In this document: positions 11,469 to 24,657 of the stretch, in pieces
Layout: each line of letters starts with the position of its first letter
Position numbering within the stretch: position 1 is the stretch's first letter
Source: Klebsormidium nitens
Taxonomy: Eukaryota > Plantae > Klebsormidiophyceae
Assembly: GCA_000708835.1 (NCBI GenBank)
Contig: DF237081.1
Span: forward strand, 1 to 64,000
Direction: 5' to 3'
DNA length: 64,000 bases
Notes under the pieces: model-generated
Seen by the model: the letters and a program-made list of their open reading frames with translations, nothing else
Told to the model about the DNA's origin: nothing
The model's database searches: none
Made by a program: the position numbers and the translations under genes

Positions 11469-14400
11469 TCAAAAGGACTCGGGGATGGAGCAAACGTCGC
11501 CCTTCACGGCGGTGTTCTTCTTGCTGTTGAAGATGGGGGTGAAGGCGGGGGCGTTCTGCGGGAGGAGAATAGAAAGGGAGGATTAGTCGGGTCACACTTT
11601 CGAACTTCTTAGAATCGCACGGCCGAAGAAAAATGTTTGGACTGGTGCTTTGATAACAATGAAGTAGATTTCTTCCCTACTTCTTTTGGCAGAGGCTTTG
11701 CTCATAAGATGACTTCATCAAACCCTGTTATCACTAGAAAGGTCGGCATCTATCGTAGATAGCTGACTGCTTGCCCAAACCAAGCAGATATATCCGAATG
11801 AGAAGATCACTTAATGAAGTTAAGAAGTGATTTAGGGCGGAACTCACGGTAGCGCCGTTGATCGTGAGACCACCGGGGTTGGAGAAGACGCTGGCACCGG
11901 GCTGCAGCAGATCGAACGAATCTGATCAGCATCACAATCGGTTTCTTGAAACGACCACGTTTGAAAAACGTCAAGAGAGGGTAGTCTATGCGTTACGGGG
12001 GCGATGCTAGTCGAATGCAAGTTCGTCAGAGACGCCGGGCTTGAGAATCAGACATGGCACCACGAAGTTTCGGAGGGAGCCGCATGGTCGTCTAGACAAG
12101 CGCGGACTCGGCTTGACGCCGGTAAAGATTGTTACCAGCACTTTGTCGAAGTTTAGGTGGTTTGCAGAAGATTTGGAGACCGCTCTCGGAAATTTGTAAA
12201 AATCCTCAAATCTTCAAAAACCTTCGAAAAGGTTCTAAAAACCCCCGAAGAGAGGAACTTACGGCGAAGGTGCTGCCGCAGTCGGTCATGTTGCCGGTGG
12301 CGGTGTTGACGAACGCGATGCTGTTGGCGGCGGCCTTGGTCTGGAAAAGTGGGCGGAAGAGAAATCGTCAAACGTTGGAAGCTTCGTTTCGAAAAGTGGG
12401 AAAGTGGGCGCATCGAGAGAGATCGTCAACCGATGAAATTCTCAAAGTATGGTAGATCCCGGTCTGGTGAAGGGCTCGATTACTCTTAGCTTTGGAAGAC
12501 CGGAATCGAGGAACGAGGCAAGATCGAAGCTTTGGATCACCGGGATCCAGGAACGAAGTAAGATCAAAGAAGGAGAGAGCACGAAAAATAATGAAGTGCG
12601 CGAAGCACGGAAAAGGGGACCACGTGGAAGCACTCGTTGAATCTGGGTCCAAAGCAGATTGTACTGCATAAGCTCGGTCCTGCTTTGAAACGCGTACTTT
12701 CCTCCTTCAGAGAGCTGCTTAACCTTCTTTTAAGGCGTGATGATCTTCACAGAACGGAAAGCTAGTCAGGTATCTGGCCACTCACGTTGACGTCATAGAC
12801 GTTGTTCTTGAAGTGGCCGTTCATGAGGCCCTCAATGTAAACGGAGTCACCAGCCTTGGCCTGCAACACAGGGTTCATCTCATCATGTGAGCCTTACGTC
12901 ATCACTACGTCATCAGTACGTCATCATTTCGTCATCGGTGCAGTGCCTTCAATGGTATCGGCTGTTCTTGCCTCATTGATACGACGTGGCATCATGCCGT
13001 GTGCCTGCCAACACAGTCGTCCGCCCAGCATTCTCTGCATTCACGCTTTCAATCCAAAGGGGTCAAGGAGCGCGCGCGCGGCCGCGCGTCGAGCGCTCAC
13101 CGCAACGTTGCTGGCGAAGGTGTTGGGGGTGCTGTCCAGGTCGGGCCCGACCAGGTAGATTGCCTTGTGGGCGCCGGACAGGAAGAGGGCGCCACCATAC
13201 TGGGCGGCGTTGCCTGCCAGAGACCGGGGAAAGCAAGCGGTTAGCGCGGCTTTACAAAAGTATCAGACCCGAATCTTGGGCAGTGGGCACCGGACAGGAA
13301 GAGGGCAAAAGTATGCTGGGCGGTATTGACTGGCCGAGATCGGGACGTTCAACCGGACAGCCCTGCTTTGCAAAACCTTGAGACTACCCAAGTTGAACAA
13401 TTGGGGCACTCCAAACTGCTTGCGAATCAGAACTTTTGTCTCAATTGTCCTGACCAGTTAAAAGCGTTTCCCCACTGCATCTTCGTTGCCTGTAGATCCT
13501 CGAATACGCAAGATCTACTAAGCTTTTACCGGCCAACTTCATCTGCCATGGCTTTCGCATGGGCAGTTGTATGCTTATTGATCTTGCTGCTAGGAAAAGC
13601 GTGTCTTACCGGTGAAGGTGCAGCCCTGGATCTCGCTCAGACCGGAGGAAGCATAGGAGTACACGGCACCTGTACAAAGATTCCGAGGGTCAGCATCTTA
13701 TGAAACATTTCAGATTGGCCGTGCTTTGGATTCCGAGGGTCAGCATCCTATGAAACATTTCAGATTGGCCGTGCTTTGTACACCTTGCTACATCTGCCTT
13801 CTTTTTAACGACCAGAGTGGATTCTAGAGGGCAGAACCTCACGACAACTCCTCAGATTTTTGAGTACAAGGCCTCAAAAGCGCAAAGTTCTGATTATCTC
13901 TGATTCCGAGCGCAAGCGACCGAATCCAACGGAACGACGCAATGACTGGAGCTATTATGACGTCAGCGCTTACCTCCGCCGCGGCGTCTCTTGGTCAGCT
14001 TGTCGGTGTTGAGCTTGTTGCCGGTGAAGACGCAGTCAGCCAGGCGGAAAGGCTGGCGGCCGGTGTAGAAGATGGCGCCACCCTGGGACAGCTGGTCGCC
14101 GGTGCCAGCGCCCTGGCAGTCAGAAATAAGGGCGAACATTAGGAGACGAGGGGCCCGGGAAAGGCTGCGACTCAGATTCTAGAGTCCTGCTCTGTTGTTA
14201 CACTCGCCTCCATTTAAGCGCTGCAAGTCAAAGCCCTTAAAGTCGCTGAAGCAGAGCCCTCAAAATCGTTGGAGGGAAGACTCGAAATCATAGCCCATAA
14301 AGTCGTTTGCGCATGAGAAACCGTAAACTTATTACAAGGAAGACGCTCGCGCAGACTTTTCAGGGAACAGACGGTGCATTGAAGTCTTGCTTCTTATAGC

Positions 14401-17400
14401 CACGGGCAAAGTTTTATAAGGCAGCGGCGTGCTTATGCATAAGCGCGCGGACCGAGGCTTACCGCGACGTTCTTGGTGAAGTTGGAGCGGAAGACGTTGA
14501 GGCCGTTGCTGCCGCCGGGGAAGACGTGCTTCGCGTGGCCCGAGTGCTCGGACACGGACATCACCGCGTGGATCGCACCACCGCCGTTCACGCCCTGTAA
14601 GAGAAAAAGGTGTGACCGGAGATCAGTCCCGGGGGAACGTTTTTGACACGGTGACAGAGTGCTGAGAGGCGGGGGGCATAGATAGAAATTTCGTGTCTGG
14701 GGCGTTGGCTTGGTTGAGTCAAGCTTCTAGAAGCGCCCTTTGCTAGCTGTCGCGAATCCCGTCTTTTTGGGACAGCTTTGCAGAGTACGGAGAGGATGAG
14801 CAGATGTCTCGGCAGCATTGATTCTGGAAGGAACTATTCTGCAGACGTCAGACCCAGATTGAGAGGCAATACATTATACTGGATGGCGAGCAGAAGTCCA
14901 ATCTAGGATTGAAGGTTAGATATGTAAGATTGGACGCCGAAAGGCTGTCGTTAAACCGACAATCAGAAAGGAGCCGAAGCCAGATGACACTCACTCGAAT
15001 CACACCCTTCTTGTCGCGAGGAGTCACAACCTGATCCACAGAGCGGTCAGAGTCACTTACTGGAGGCGGCCCGCATTCTCCGCGAGTGCTAATCAAACAA
15101 ATCTAGCCTAAATTCTGATGAAGCTTCTCTTCGGCGCTTTGCGCATCCTGCGAAGCTTTTGTCAGGACAACATCCAGGAATGAATCGTCAAATGCAAAGC
15201 GCTGAACTGGACCTTACGAGAACTCAAATCTGATCCTGGCCCAACATCGGCTGAGAGCGAGTACTTGAAAGCATCTGTAGCCTGAGAGTTCCGAGAGTGC
15301 AGTTCTTGATTCTGATCTCATACCAACAACACCAGGGAGTGAGCGCTCAAAGGAATCTCTAGGAGTGAGAATCCGGAAAGCTCTGCCATCCACTTACGTT
15401 CAAGTTGTTGCTGAAGGTGCAGGTATCGACGGTGATCTTCGCTGCGCCTCCCCCAATCACGATCGCCGCGCCGGCCGCGTTGTTGAACGCGATTCCGTTT
15501 CCGTTCCGCTCGCCGATCGAGATGTCCACCTGCTTTCCGGTGAGCATCATCAGGAACTTGGCCTTGTTCTGGCCGTCGAACGTGGTCGGCCCCTGGATCA
15601 CCACGTGGCTCAGGGCGTCGGGAACGCGCACACCGTTGGCCTTGTTGCAGACGTGCCTGTAAGGGGTTTCGAATAAGGGTTAGAGAGGGTTTGTAAGGGG
15701 TCAGAGAGTGGTTTGGAAAGGATTAGGGGCTTGTCTAGGAGGAGGAGAACCACAGCGCGTTCTATTCAAAATGAAATTGTTCGCTTCTCCGGCTGCTGAA
15801 CCCCTTCTTTCTTTATTTTGTACAACTGACTTGTGATTCTTGGCAGACCCAGTGCTCTGCATTGTGCCTGCTGCAGATTGTATGATCTGGATCTATTCTT
15901 CCACAGAGAACGACAAGAACCGTCTGCGGACAATTGGGACTGCTGTTTGTATCTTGATGATTAATGTGACAGAGGAACGGCCCCAGATTTCCGCCATCGT
16001 TTGCTAAGTATTCGTTTGAATCCAACCCTGTTTTAGGAAGGTCAGAAACCTTCCAGAGGATCTCAAGACTGCTCTTTGCCGACATTCAGAACCCCTCCGA
16101 GGAGGACAAGTTCGGATTGCTTTCCGGGCCTCAATTGAACGAATTGCCCACTTACTGCTGTCTGTTTTCATATACAACCCTCAAAACCCTTTCAAAATGG
16201 ATACGAAGCACTCAGGATGCCTTTAAGATGGACAAGGTTGATCGCTTACACTTCAGGCTGCAGTTGCACGATGGTGGGTTTGTGCAGCACGCCAGACACC
16301 GCAGCGGTGAGGGCCTCCTGCGCAGTCGCGCAAGTGCAGGGACGGTTGGTGGTAGCACCGGCAGCGCCGCAGTTCTCTGCATAAGAATCAATCTTTCTGA
16401 TTGGCAACAGACTGGATTAGGAATGGGGATGCGACTGTGAGTAGGATTGCGATCGCAGTTCGGAACTGAGGCTGAGACCAGGATTGAGATGGAATCGTTT
16501 CTTGGATTCTGTTTGGGTTCAGAATCGGCTTGAGTTTAGGTTTTGAATTGGGATGGCAATCGGATCGGGATTCGGATTGGGATGGGGTTGGGGTCGGGGT
16601 TGCGATTGGCATCGGGATCGGGACTGGCATTCATACCAGGAATCAATATGGGACTGCAATACCTTGATTTCCCCGCACTTTCTTAATAGCCTTCCTATCT
16701 GGCTAACAAGCCCACGTTGAGATCTCCCTAGACTGTCATCTCTCCACATACTTGCTTGAGATGAGTGCTCACCATAGACAATGGCCGCAGCGGTCGTGGG
16801 GGCAGGAGTGGCAGAGACAGCAGTGATACCAGCGGTATCAACGGAATCTGTTGGGCCCTGTAAGAAACGAAAAGGCTTCATTTGTTAGACTGAGACCGTG
16901 GAACCAACCATCTAAACCATTTGCACCAATCTGGGTTCAGAGTTGTGCCAAGGAATTGTGGATGCTGGAGTTGCCGCATAGCCAATGCAATATGTCCACC
17001 AGGGGCGCCTGACTCAAGAGTGCTGTCAAATACCAAATTCGTGAGCCAATGGGCAAGGGTTTTGAAATGCGCCCCCACTCCGGCGGGTTTGGTTCTTTTC
17101 TAGCCCTAGCCACTCGCGCTGTCACCTTATCTCTCTTGCATCAGAAACCCTTTCAGAAACCCTCAAGTCTGAACGTCATGCACTGCAACAAGTCACCCAT
17201 GGTGCACTGCATCTGCAATCCAGCCTTCTAGTTCCTAGTCAACACTCCAGCGCAGTGCACAGTATCAGACAGCCAATGCTTGATCTATGCACGAACCCAA
17301 CTCAGAAGGACCCACATCACTCTGCAAACCACCACCTTCGTGCAGATTGGCGTTGGCAACCCGTGCATGCCACGATCCAGAAGCACCCCCATTCTCTACT

Positions 17401-17574
17401 TCCTGATAAGGCCAATCTGGCCTATCATGCACCAAGAGAACCTTCAATGCATGCCGCCAGAAAGCAATCAAAGCACAGGCTCACCACTTTCCGGCCCACA
17501 ACGTTGTCCGCCAGCGCGGGCGCAACGCAAAGCAGTGCCGCAAAGAGCAGCGCGAGCGAAGAGCGGGAAGCCAT
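11469..17574 (-). CDS. Secreted pectin-lyase-fold / parallel beta-helix protein with GGA(I/L) repeats (Pmp-like repeat), 11 exons, about 410 aa
   Basis: Signal peptide MASRSSLALLFAALLCVAPALA. Exons 17574-17485, 16857-16773, 16376-16250, 15656-15398, then about 14594-14463, 14113-13975, 13215-13100, 12860-12785, 12340-12262, 11905-11850, 11555-11469, all joining in phase with GT-AG. Motifs CTFSNN, GGGAIH, FTKNVA, QGGAIF, CVFTGN, YGGALF. Strong C/G-ending codon bias. Confidence 0.85.
13169..13345 (-). repeat. Exon 7 5' edge plus acceptor duplicated into the upstream intron (offset 116)
   Basis: GGGCGCCGGACAGGAAGAGGGC at 13169 vs GGGCACCGGACAGGAAGAGGGC at 13285; similarity continues through the acceptor. 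Confidence 0.8.
13679..13778. repeat. 50-bp intronic tandem duplication, 1 mismatch
   Basis: GATTCCGAGGGTCAGCATC(T/C)TATGAAACATTTCAGATTGGCCGTGCTTTG at 13679 and 13729. Confidence 0.95.
16430..16632. repeat. Degenerate hexamer microsatellite (GGGATY/GGGGTY-like) in an intron
   Basis: Run such as GGATCGGGATTCGGATTGGGATGGGGTTGGGGTCGGGGTT. Confidence 0.8.
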
Positions 17575-20500
17575 GGTTGCTTTGATTGCTGAGCAAAGCG
17601 CTGGAGGCTGAGGGGAAGAGTTGCGTATGCGCAAATGCTGTCTGCTGAGAAAGTGAAGAATGCTGCGAGGGTTTGAGGGGAGTGGGCTTTTAGTTGCTTT
17701 CTGGTGGGGGCTGCGTGTGAGAAGTGATGGTTTGGGGGTCTCTTTGACGGGGCTTTATAGGGGCCTGGAAGACGGAAGGACACTATAAGGCTGCAGTCTG
17801 TCTGTAAACTGAGAAGCGCAGACTGCAGCGCAGTGCTGCAACTTGCTGTCGTCAACGCTGTCTCCTGTACATGTACTTGCACTAGGGTTTTGGAGCGTGA
17901 GAAGGGTGCAACCCGCATCCGATACGTACTTACTTTCGTACACTTTGAAAGTCCACCGCAATTCGCGGCGACGCGGCAGGTTCGGAAGTTGTGATGTCAT
18001 CGCAGCGGGAGGGAGCGGTCTGACACGAGATTGGTGCGCGCACAGGCTATATCGACGGTTCTCCGCGAGCAAAACGGACATCTACGGTGAACATCTAAGC
18101 ATTTCCTACGTCAGCGCTGTGACGTCAGTCACTCCAGCACAATGATCGGCCGGCGGCTTTTGCATACTTCAAAACAGAGACTCAGAACGAGGAAACTAGA
18201 ATTGCTTTTGTTCGTGCTGAGGCCCTGTTTTAGGATTGTCTGGCGATCACGAGTGTTGACTTGTAGACTCAACGTGCCAGAGTTGGTTCCATAAAGGCAA
18301 TCTGGAAACCAATAAAACGACAGTGTTCACATACGAATGGTCTACCTGCTTGATAGATTTTGTACCGCCAGGAAAAGAACGTCTTCAAATGTGCACCAAA
18401 CAGCTATGATTGCATACGTCATATCTCGAAAGGAGCGCGACTGGCGGAGGTGCACGCGTGTGACGCAAGATTCTGCAATGCACTGCCAGCAGCGGCGCTA
18501 GCCAGCTGCGCGTACAATGCAATCAATCAGCATATAACCATTTTAACGGGATTTTTATCAGGTACAGCTAGCAGGTCAGCAGCAAATGCGCAACAGGAGT
18601 AACAACCTGGTCTACCATTCACAACTTTCACCGCTTTGTTCAGGCGTCAGCAAAGAGGCCTAGGTACTTGAAAGACGTGTGTATCTTTAACAGGGAAGAT
18701 AGATTCAACGAGCTAGACTGCGCGCAAACCGTTGGTACCAGCTAGCTCCGAATAACGCAGGCATGTTGCAAGCTCGATGCATCCGGCGCTGGGTTTTCAG
18801 CTTGAGGATCTGAGAAGCAGTACTCGTTTGAACTTTGCAGAATATTGCTGGCCACCAGTGAGGATTCGGATGGCAGATAGGCGTCTGCCATTCCGGCCAT
18901 GTCGCCAATATGCATACTGATTGCTGGCTCCAAGAGCTGATCTCTGAGTTCTTGACTCGCATTCGAGACTGGAAATATGAGATCTGTAGAAGAGATTGCG
19001 TATCCGTGAGTGAACAGCATCGGCAGCTGACATGACGACAGAAGCAGATCACAAGGTGCAAATGGTCCGCGAAAGCTGCAGATGCTGAGCAACTAGGACG
19101 GGCGACAATCCCCCAGTTCAACAATGAAGCCGAAGCAAAGCGCCCTAAGAATCGTTAACTCCACCTTTAGCAGGACACGCAATTCAAGACACGTTGTTCT
19201 TAGCTCGAGCCCAAATCCAGATTTCCTCTATGATTCTCAAACAGTCCTTGGAACGCCTTCCGATTAGTGACAAACTCTAGTTCAAACTCTGATCAGGTGC
19301 CATTTAAAGAAGAGATCTTGCGTCATTAGCCTTTTGGACATCGCCTCGTTTTTCTCTTTGACATGCCCTGACTCCATTGCCCAGCTAATTCCCTCTGAGA
19401 AGCAGCAAGCACAAATTTGGTCGTTACTATTATTGCTTCAAAGGCATCGAACCAGATGTGGAACTTGTTCCATAAGAGAAGCACTAGGCAGCCAAGAGCC
19501 AAATCAGAACTCCTTCTGAGAAGGCTGCTGCGAATGGGCAGAAGACAGCCTACTTAGCAATCAAAACGTCTTCGTAGGGTTGTTCATCTTTTTGAACATG
19601 AACCGATCTCATCTTCACGGCTCTGATTTCAGGTCCATCCACGGGAGGCCTTCCGCTCACAGTTGACACGTCAGCTGTACCTCATCCTTTTCCAAGACTT
19701 TGAAGATCTTTGAACGTTGAAAGCGTCCAGTTGTCCATGAACTAGACGGCCCACTCCCGTACGGCTGGCTGAGACCGACACACTGGTTCGGAATGAGTAC
19801 TGCTAGCAGCTAGTTAAAACAAACTTTGAAAGAGCCTTCACAATTGTCTCGGATGGACCTATCTCTACCTGATTACCGTACTTTAGCCTCAAGTCTACAA
19901 GTATCTCCAGCCGGTACTTCGTAGACAGTAGCATGTTGCGCCACGACCTTGTTCTACCGGAATGATCTTTATCGGGACTCTACATATGCCGCTATTGCCG
20001 TTTCCGTTTCCTCCCCCATGTTTGATAGCCTGGCGTCATACTCTGGGTACCTTGGAGTGAGATCTGATTTGTCCCGCAACTGACTCGCAGCTACGAAAAT
20101 AGGTTCGCTTCGACCTTGTTTCCGAGGCAGCGTTTGCAACGATGACACCCCCTTTTCCAGTGGGACAAGACCACCTTTGATTTACATCGAACCTTGATGG
20201 GTCGAGCTCCATGCTTCCGCAAACTGTGCTGCCAAGTGATGCTTTTCGAGACACCCAACTTGGGCAGAATCCGAACTCATGCATCGGACATTTCCTTAAA
20301 GTCGGGCCTCAAGAAAGTCGTTCGGTCAACTTGCAGGGACTTGACGATTCGCTAGTTCATGCTCAGTAAGAGAAGCTGCGTTGCTGCGATATTGCGTTCA
20401 AGATCAATTCGACGTTAGTGGGCGGTTATGCGAAGCCCCCCGGCTTTGTTTCCGTCCGATCTGACCGCAACCCGCAGACAAAAACAGGCCAACTTGACCA

Positions 20501-21087
20501 GAAAGAGTACTCTTGTCAAGTTGCTGGGACAGAAGATTTGAGAGCAAGCATGAGTTTTGTTGAGTTTTCAGGCAGTCTTCGGCTTCATCTTTTCGTTCTC
20601 AAAGGCCATCCCTCCCTCAAGGAAGTAGCATCGCCTCTGTGCTCCCCCGTTAACATAGTTTCCAGGTAAGGCGTATTGAGCGAGAGCGGAGTGAGCACGA
20701 CTCCGGGGGGAAGGAATGATGAAGTTAAGGCGCTTTTCACAATATCTGTTATCGCATATGCAGCTTTGATCGTCGAGCGGGATGATCTGTCTCAGTGTAG
20801 CAGATTCTCAAGATTTGCCTGTCTGACACTTCTTGCTATGGGGCGGGAAAATATGGCAGCATTTGAGGACCGAACATCCACGCTTCACCGAACTAATTGG
20901 TATTGCAGAGAAGCCAGTGAACCTCGCGGGCCAAAATCTTCTCGAAAGGGCGACCGTTGATCGGTCATCGTACCGCAAATAATCTTTCAGGGTCCTGAAG
21001 GGCAGCCCACAACACTTGAGCACCTTTGCTTTCTTCCAGAATTTATAAACTTTCCTCCTTGCAATTCCGCAGGTGCTTCTAGTCGTC

Positions 21088-23486
21088 ATGTTGTTCCTGA
21101 CTGCCCTGGCGGCCACGCAGGCGTGCACTCCTGAGTGCGAGAACTGCCATCCATACAGGTAGGAGAGCAGAACGACCAAATTTTGTAACAGTTGTGTCGT
21201 GCTCAACAACCCTGGGTCCTCAACTTTGCAAAGCGGCTGCCCTCCAAGGTTTGAGACGAAGATTGGGGCTCTTTCAGCACCCGAAAGGGGGACACAATTG
21301 CAAAACCTGATCTGCCTCGTCAAATGTTTCGATTCTTCGGACTTGAAGAAAGTCGTTTGTCGTTTCTCAGCTTCTGGGTCGTTTCTTGAAAACGGAAGCG
21401 GTAGATCTCTTCCCGTTCCGTGAAGAACGAAGCACCAAGAACTGTCCACGTTTCGCGTAAAATAAACTAATCAGATTTGTCCCCCGTTCCATAAAACGGA
21501 GTACTCAGCCGCGTCTCGTGGAGAACGGAAGACCTAGGTTTCTCCCCTTGACCCCTTCTCTTGAAGAACGGAATCCTCCGAAGTGGCTCCAAATTTGCAA
21601 ATGTGCTCCGAATGATTCCGCTCCACCGGGGCGCAGCAAGTACTGGGCGGACCAAGGGTGCGACCCTGCAAACTCGCACCGGGTGCTACGAGTTCAGATG
21701 CACAGCACCGCTGTGTTCCAGGACTGCTGCAAGCACTGCAGGTATGCCGCTGAACCGCCCACGTGTTGTCAGTTCCAAAAGGAGGACGTCACTATTTTTA
21801 TTTGTTTCACGCTCTCGAGATTACGCCAGTCACGGACGAAGTGTTGGACCTGAGATTGAAATCGAACCAAGCAGTGCTAACGAAGCTGCAGAAACCCATT
21901 ATGAACTGCTGCAAGGACTGCAGGTACGCCGCTTAACCGCCTACACTTGACCCGCAATACCAAGCACAGCACTCAGCAGAGACTTCATGAAGTATAGGCT
22001 CTTAATCAGTTTATATTTTAAGATTGATCACCGAGATTTCTTGACCTCAGCTTGCAATCGACGGTGCAGGGCAGCTGAATTGGCGTACAAACAAAGGGCC
22101 TTTTAGTAGCTCAGCCTTTAGACTACTGATTACCTGCAACTCTTGCGGTAGAGTCGCTATCTGACTTCCAGCCAAGTTACGGACCGGCCGGATTGAAGGA
22201 CGCCCACGTCTTCTCGGGGGCTTTTTGGCTTGCAATTACTCGTCCGCAGAGATCACTCTCAACTTGTTATCTGCCCGTCACTCACTTCTCAATCCGTTCT
22301 GACTTTGCTGCATCGTTTTGCAGGGACGTGGACTGCTGTCTTTTCTGGGTGTTCAACCCCGACACCAAAGAGTGTGAGGGCTTCTCCAACTGCGACCGGG
22401 TGGACGGCCGCACCACTCAGCGGGAGTGGCTCGGGGACTGGCGCGTGCTGGACAAAAATTGCCCGGGTGAGTCGCCCGGTCACATCTTCTCGGACTGTCT
22501 CGGCCTAAGCCTTTCCGTTTTTCCTCGCTTACTGGGGCATGGTCGCGGAAGGGGCCTGGTAAAGCCTCCAATCAAGCTTCCCTGCATTTGTGTCTTGTTC
22601 GTCTTTGTCATTCTTGGTCGGTTTTGCGCATCGGAAAGACCGTGCTGGACAAAACGTGCCGAGGTGAGTCACCCGGTCACACTCGCTCGCTTTTGCCTTC
22701 TTTTACTTCTTCGGCGAAAGCTGGCGCGTGATCATGAACAAGGCGCTCGGTTCATTCCCCCGACCATGTTCTGCTGCTTCTTAAAAACATTCCGCATGGT
22801 CATCTTCGCCCGAAGTTTTTGCTGCTCGGAATCATCAGAGCTGGACAAAACGTGCCCGGGTGAGCCGCCCGGTCTGGCTTTCTGGGTACTGCTCGTTCCC
22901 TTTTTGCCGCAGCGTCTGGCGTGATTGATGAAGTCGCCCGTTTCAGTTCCCCTGCGTCTGAAGCTTCCTCGTGTTCATTTTCAATCCATAGAAAGCCGCT
23001 GGCGATGAGAGAAACGTTCTCAACGAGACGTGCCCGGTCGCTTCTACAGGCGCCTCGATTAGTTTTGTTTTCATTTGCAGCTAGTTCTCCGTTCGTTTGG
23101 GTCCTGATGCGAGCAGCATTATAGGAACTTGATAGGGCCGGGAAGTGGCCCGGGGGCCCTCTTGGAGCGTCAATTTGCAGTTCTTACCATGTCTTACCGT
23201 CGTCTTTCGCTTACATGTCCACAACCCTCCCCAATTATCCCGGCCTGTTTCAGGGTTGATAGGCATGACGGTTCGTCACTGAACTTGTGCAACGACCTCT
23301 AGAGGACTCCATGACTATCTCGAAGCAAAGTGTCTTTCAAGAGCGCTGAGCGGTCCCGCTCGGATCCGATCCTTCCGTTCTCAAACGTAGACACCTGCGA
23401 TCCCGCTCTAAACGCAAGCGCACTCGGTTTTGTTTGCAGGATACACTGCCCATCCCGACGCCCAAATCAGCTACCCGGGCTTCTAG
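21088..23486 (+). CDS. Small secreted Cys-rich PAN/Apple-like protein, about 121 aa, 4 exons
   Basis: Exons 21088-21158, 21637-21741, 22324-22466 and 23440-23486 join in phase: MLFLTALAATQACTPECENCHPYSKYWADQGC..DCCKHCRDVDCCLFWVFNPDTKECEGFSNC..SYPGF*. The CCxxC..C.FW.F....K.C pattern is typical of PAN/Apple domains. The true start may lie slightly upstream. Confidence 0.75.
21723..21941 (+). repeat. PAN gene exon 2 3' edge plus donor, duplicated
   Basis: 37-bp match with 3 mismatches at 21723 and 21905 (..ACTGCAG|GTA(T/C)GCCGCT..). Confidence 0.9.
22445..22874 (+). repeat. PAN gene exon 3 3' edge plus donor, triplicated (period about 197)
   Basis: GCTGGACAAAA..TGCC(C/G)(G/A)G|GTGAG..CCCGGTC at 22445, 22642 and 22840. 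Confidence 0.9.
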
Positions 23487-24657
23487 CTTCAAAGCCTTAC
23501 TAAACGATTTTTAAATGAAAGCTGTTACAGAGCTAATCATGTCGACGTAGTACTGAGATACTGCGCTATCCTGGAGACTCTGATGCGGAACTGTATGGAG
23601 TCCAGGTGCAAGCCTCTGACTAGAGCCCCACTGTAGCGCGGTGCGTGGTGCTTTTGACACGTGTCATTGTCAGTGTGCATGCCACCAGCCGCGTATCCTG
23701 CCATCAACGTTGACGTCACCGTGGCACTGCATCGGATCGCGTAGGAAGCGCAAAGAATTCGTATGAAGTTCTTTCTTTGTACCAGGCCCGTGTTGATACA
23801 AGTAGCATGTACGTCGTTTGCATAAGGCATAAGGATCTGGCAGCTGCGCAATCAAATGCGTATTACCTGTGTCACAAGCAAAAGCCAAACTCACCATAAG
23901 CTTGAGGTGACGTGACATTTACGGGCCAGAATCATCTGTCCTCCAAGATCGACTCAGAGTCACTCTTCCTTATAAAGCTAGCTCAGAAATGCGAACGTAA
24001 TATTTGGGCCGAAAGAACGCATGCGTGTTTCGAGTTTCCCTACCAATATTTTTATCAAAAGCAGTTGTCCGCTGATAAGTTGAGCTTACGGCCTCTCCAA
24101 ACATTGATCTAGTTTGCTTGCAAGTAGCATGCCAGAGCTGTTCAGTTGACATCCTGACGTGTACATATTATTCAATCTTAATGGCTATATACTGTCGAAA
24201 CAATCCACAAGTTCACGGTTGCATCTATCTACAAAGCACAGGCTTCACTAAATTATACCACCGACAAAGCTGGTGTGTAGATGTTGACTGATCCTTCCCA
24301 AACGTACACTTTTGACTACCTTTATGTTCCGTTTGATCGATTGACGTCGACACAATATTGATGCAACCGCTATCGTTTCTCACATATTGTATATCTCTAC
24401 GAAAGGACCAGAAGGACTGTCGCACCACAACCAACTGAGGCGTACTCAGAACGGACGTTGACTGAATGATCAGACTGTTCAAGCTTTCTCTCTCTCATCC
24501 ACGCGCAAGCGCCGTATGCGTGCAGTATCAAGGCTACTCTACACAGCGTCTGGAATGGAATTTGCCATAGACTCGCCCATTGCCGTTTTAACACCTCAGG
24601 TCAAGTCGCTATTCTAGAGCCTGTAGTGGGTCGCCTGATGCAACCCAAAAATTTCTG

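Noticed and set aside
20808-21449. 213-aa minus-strand ORF
   Set aside because: It overlaps antisense the signal-peptide exon (21088-21158) of the PAN gene, and no family motif was seen.
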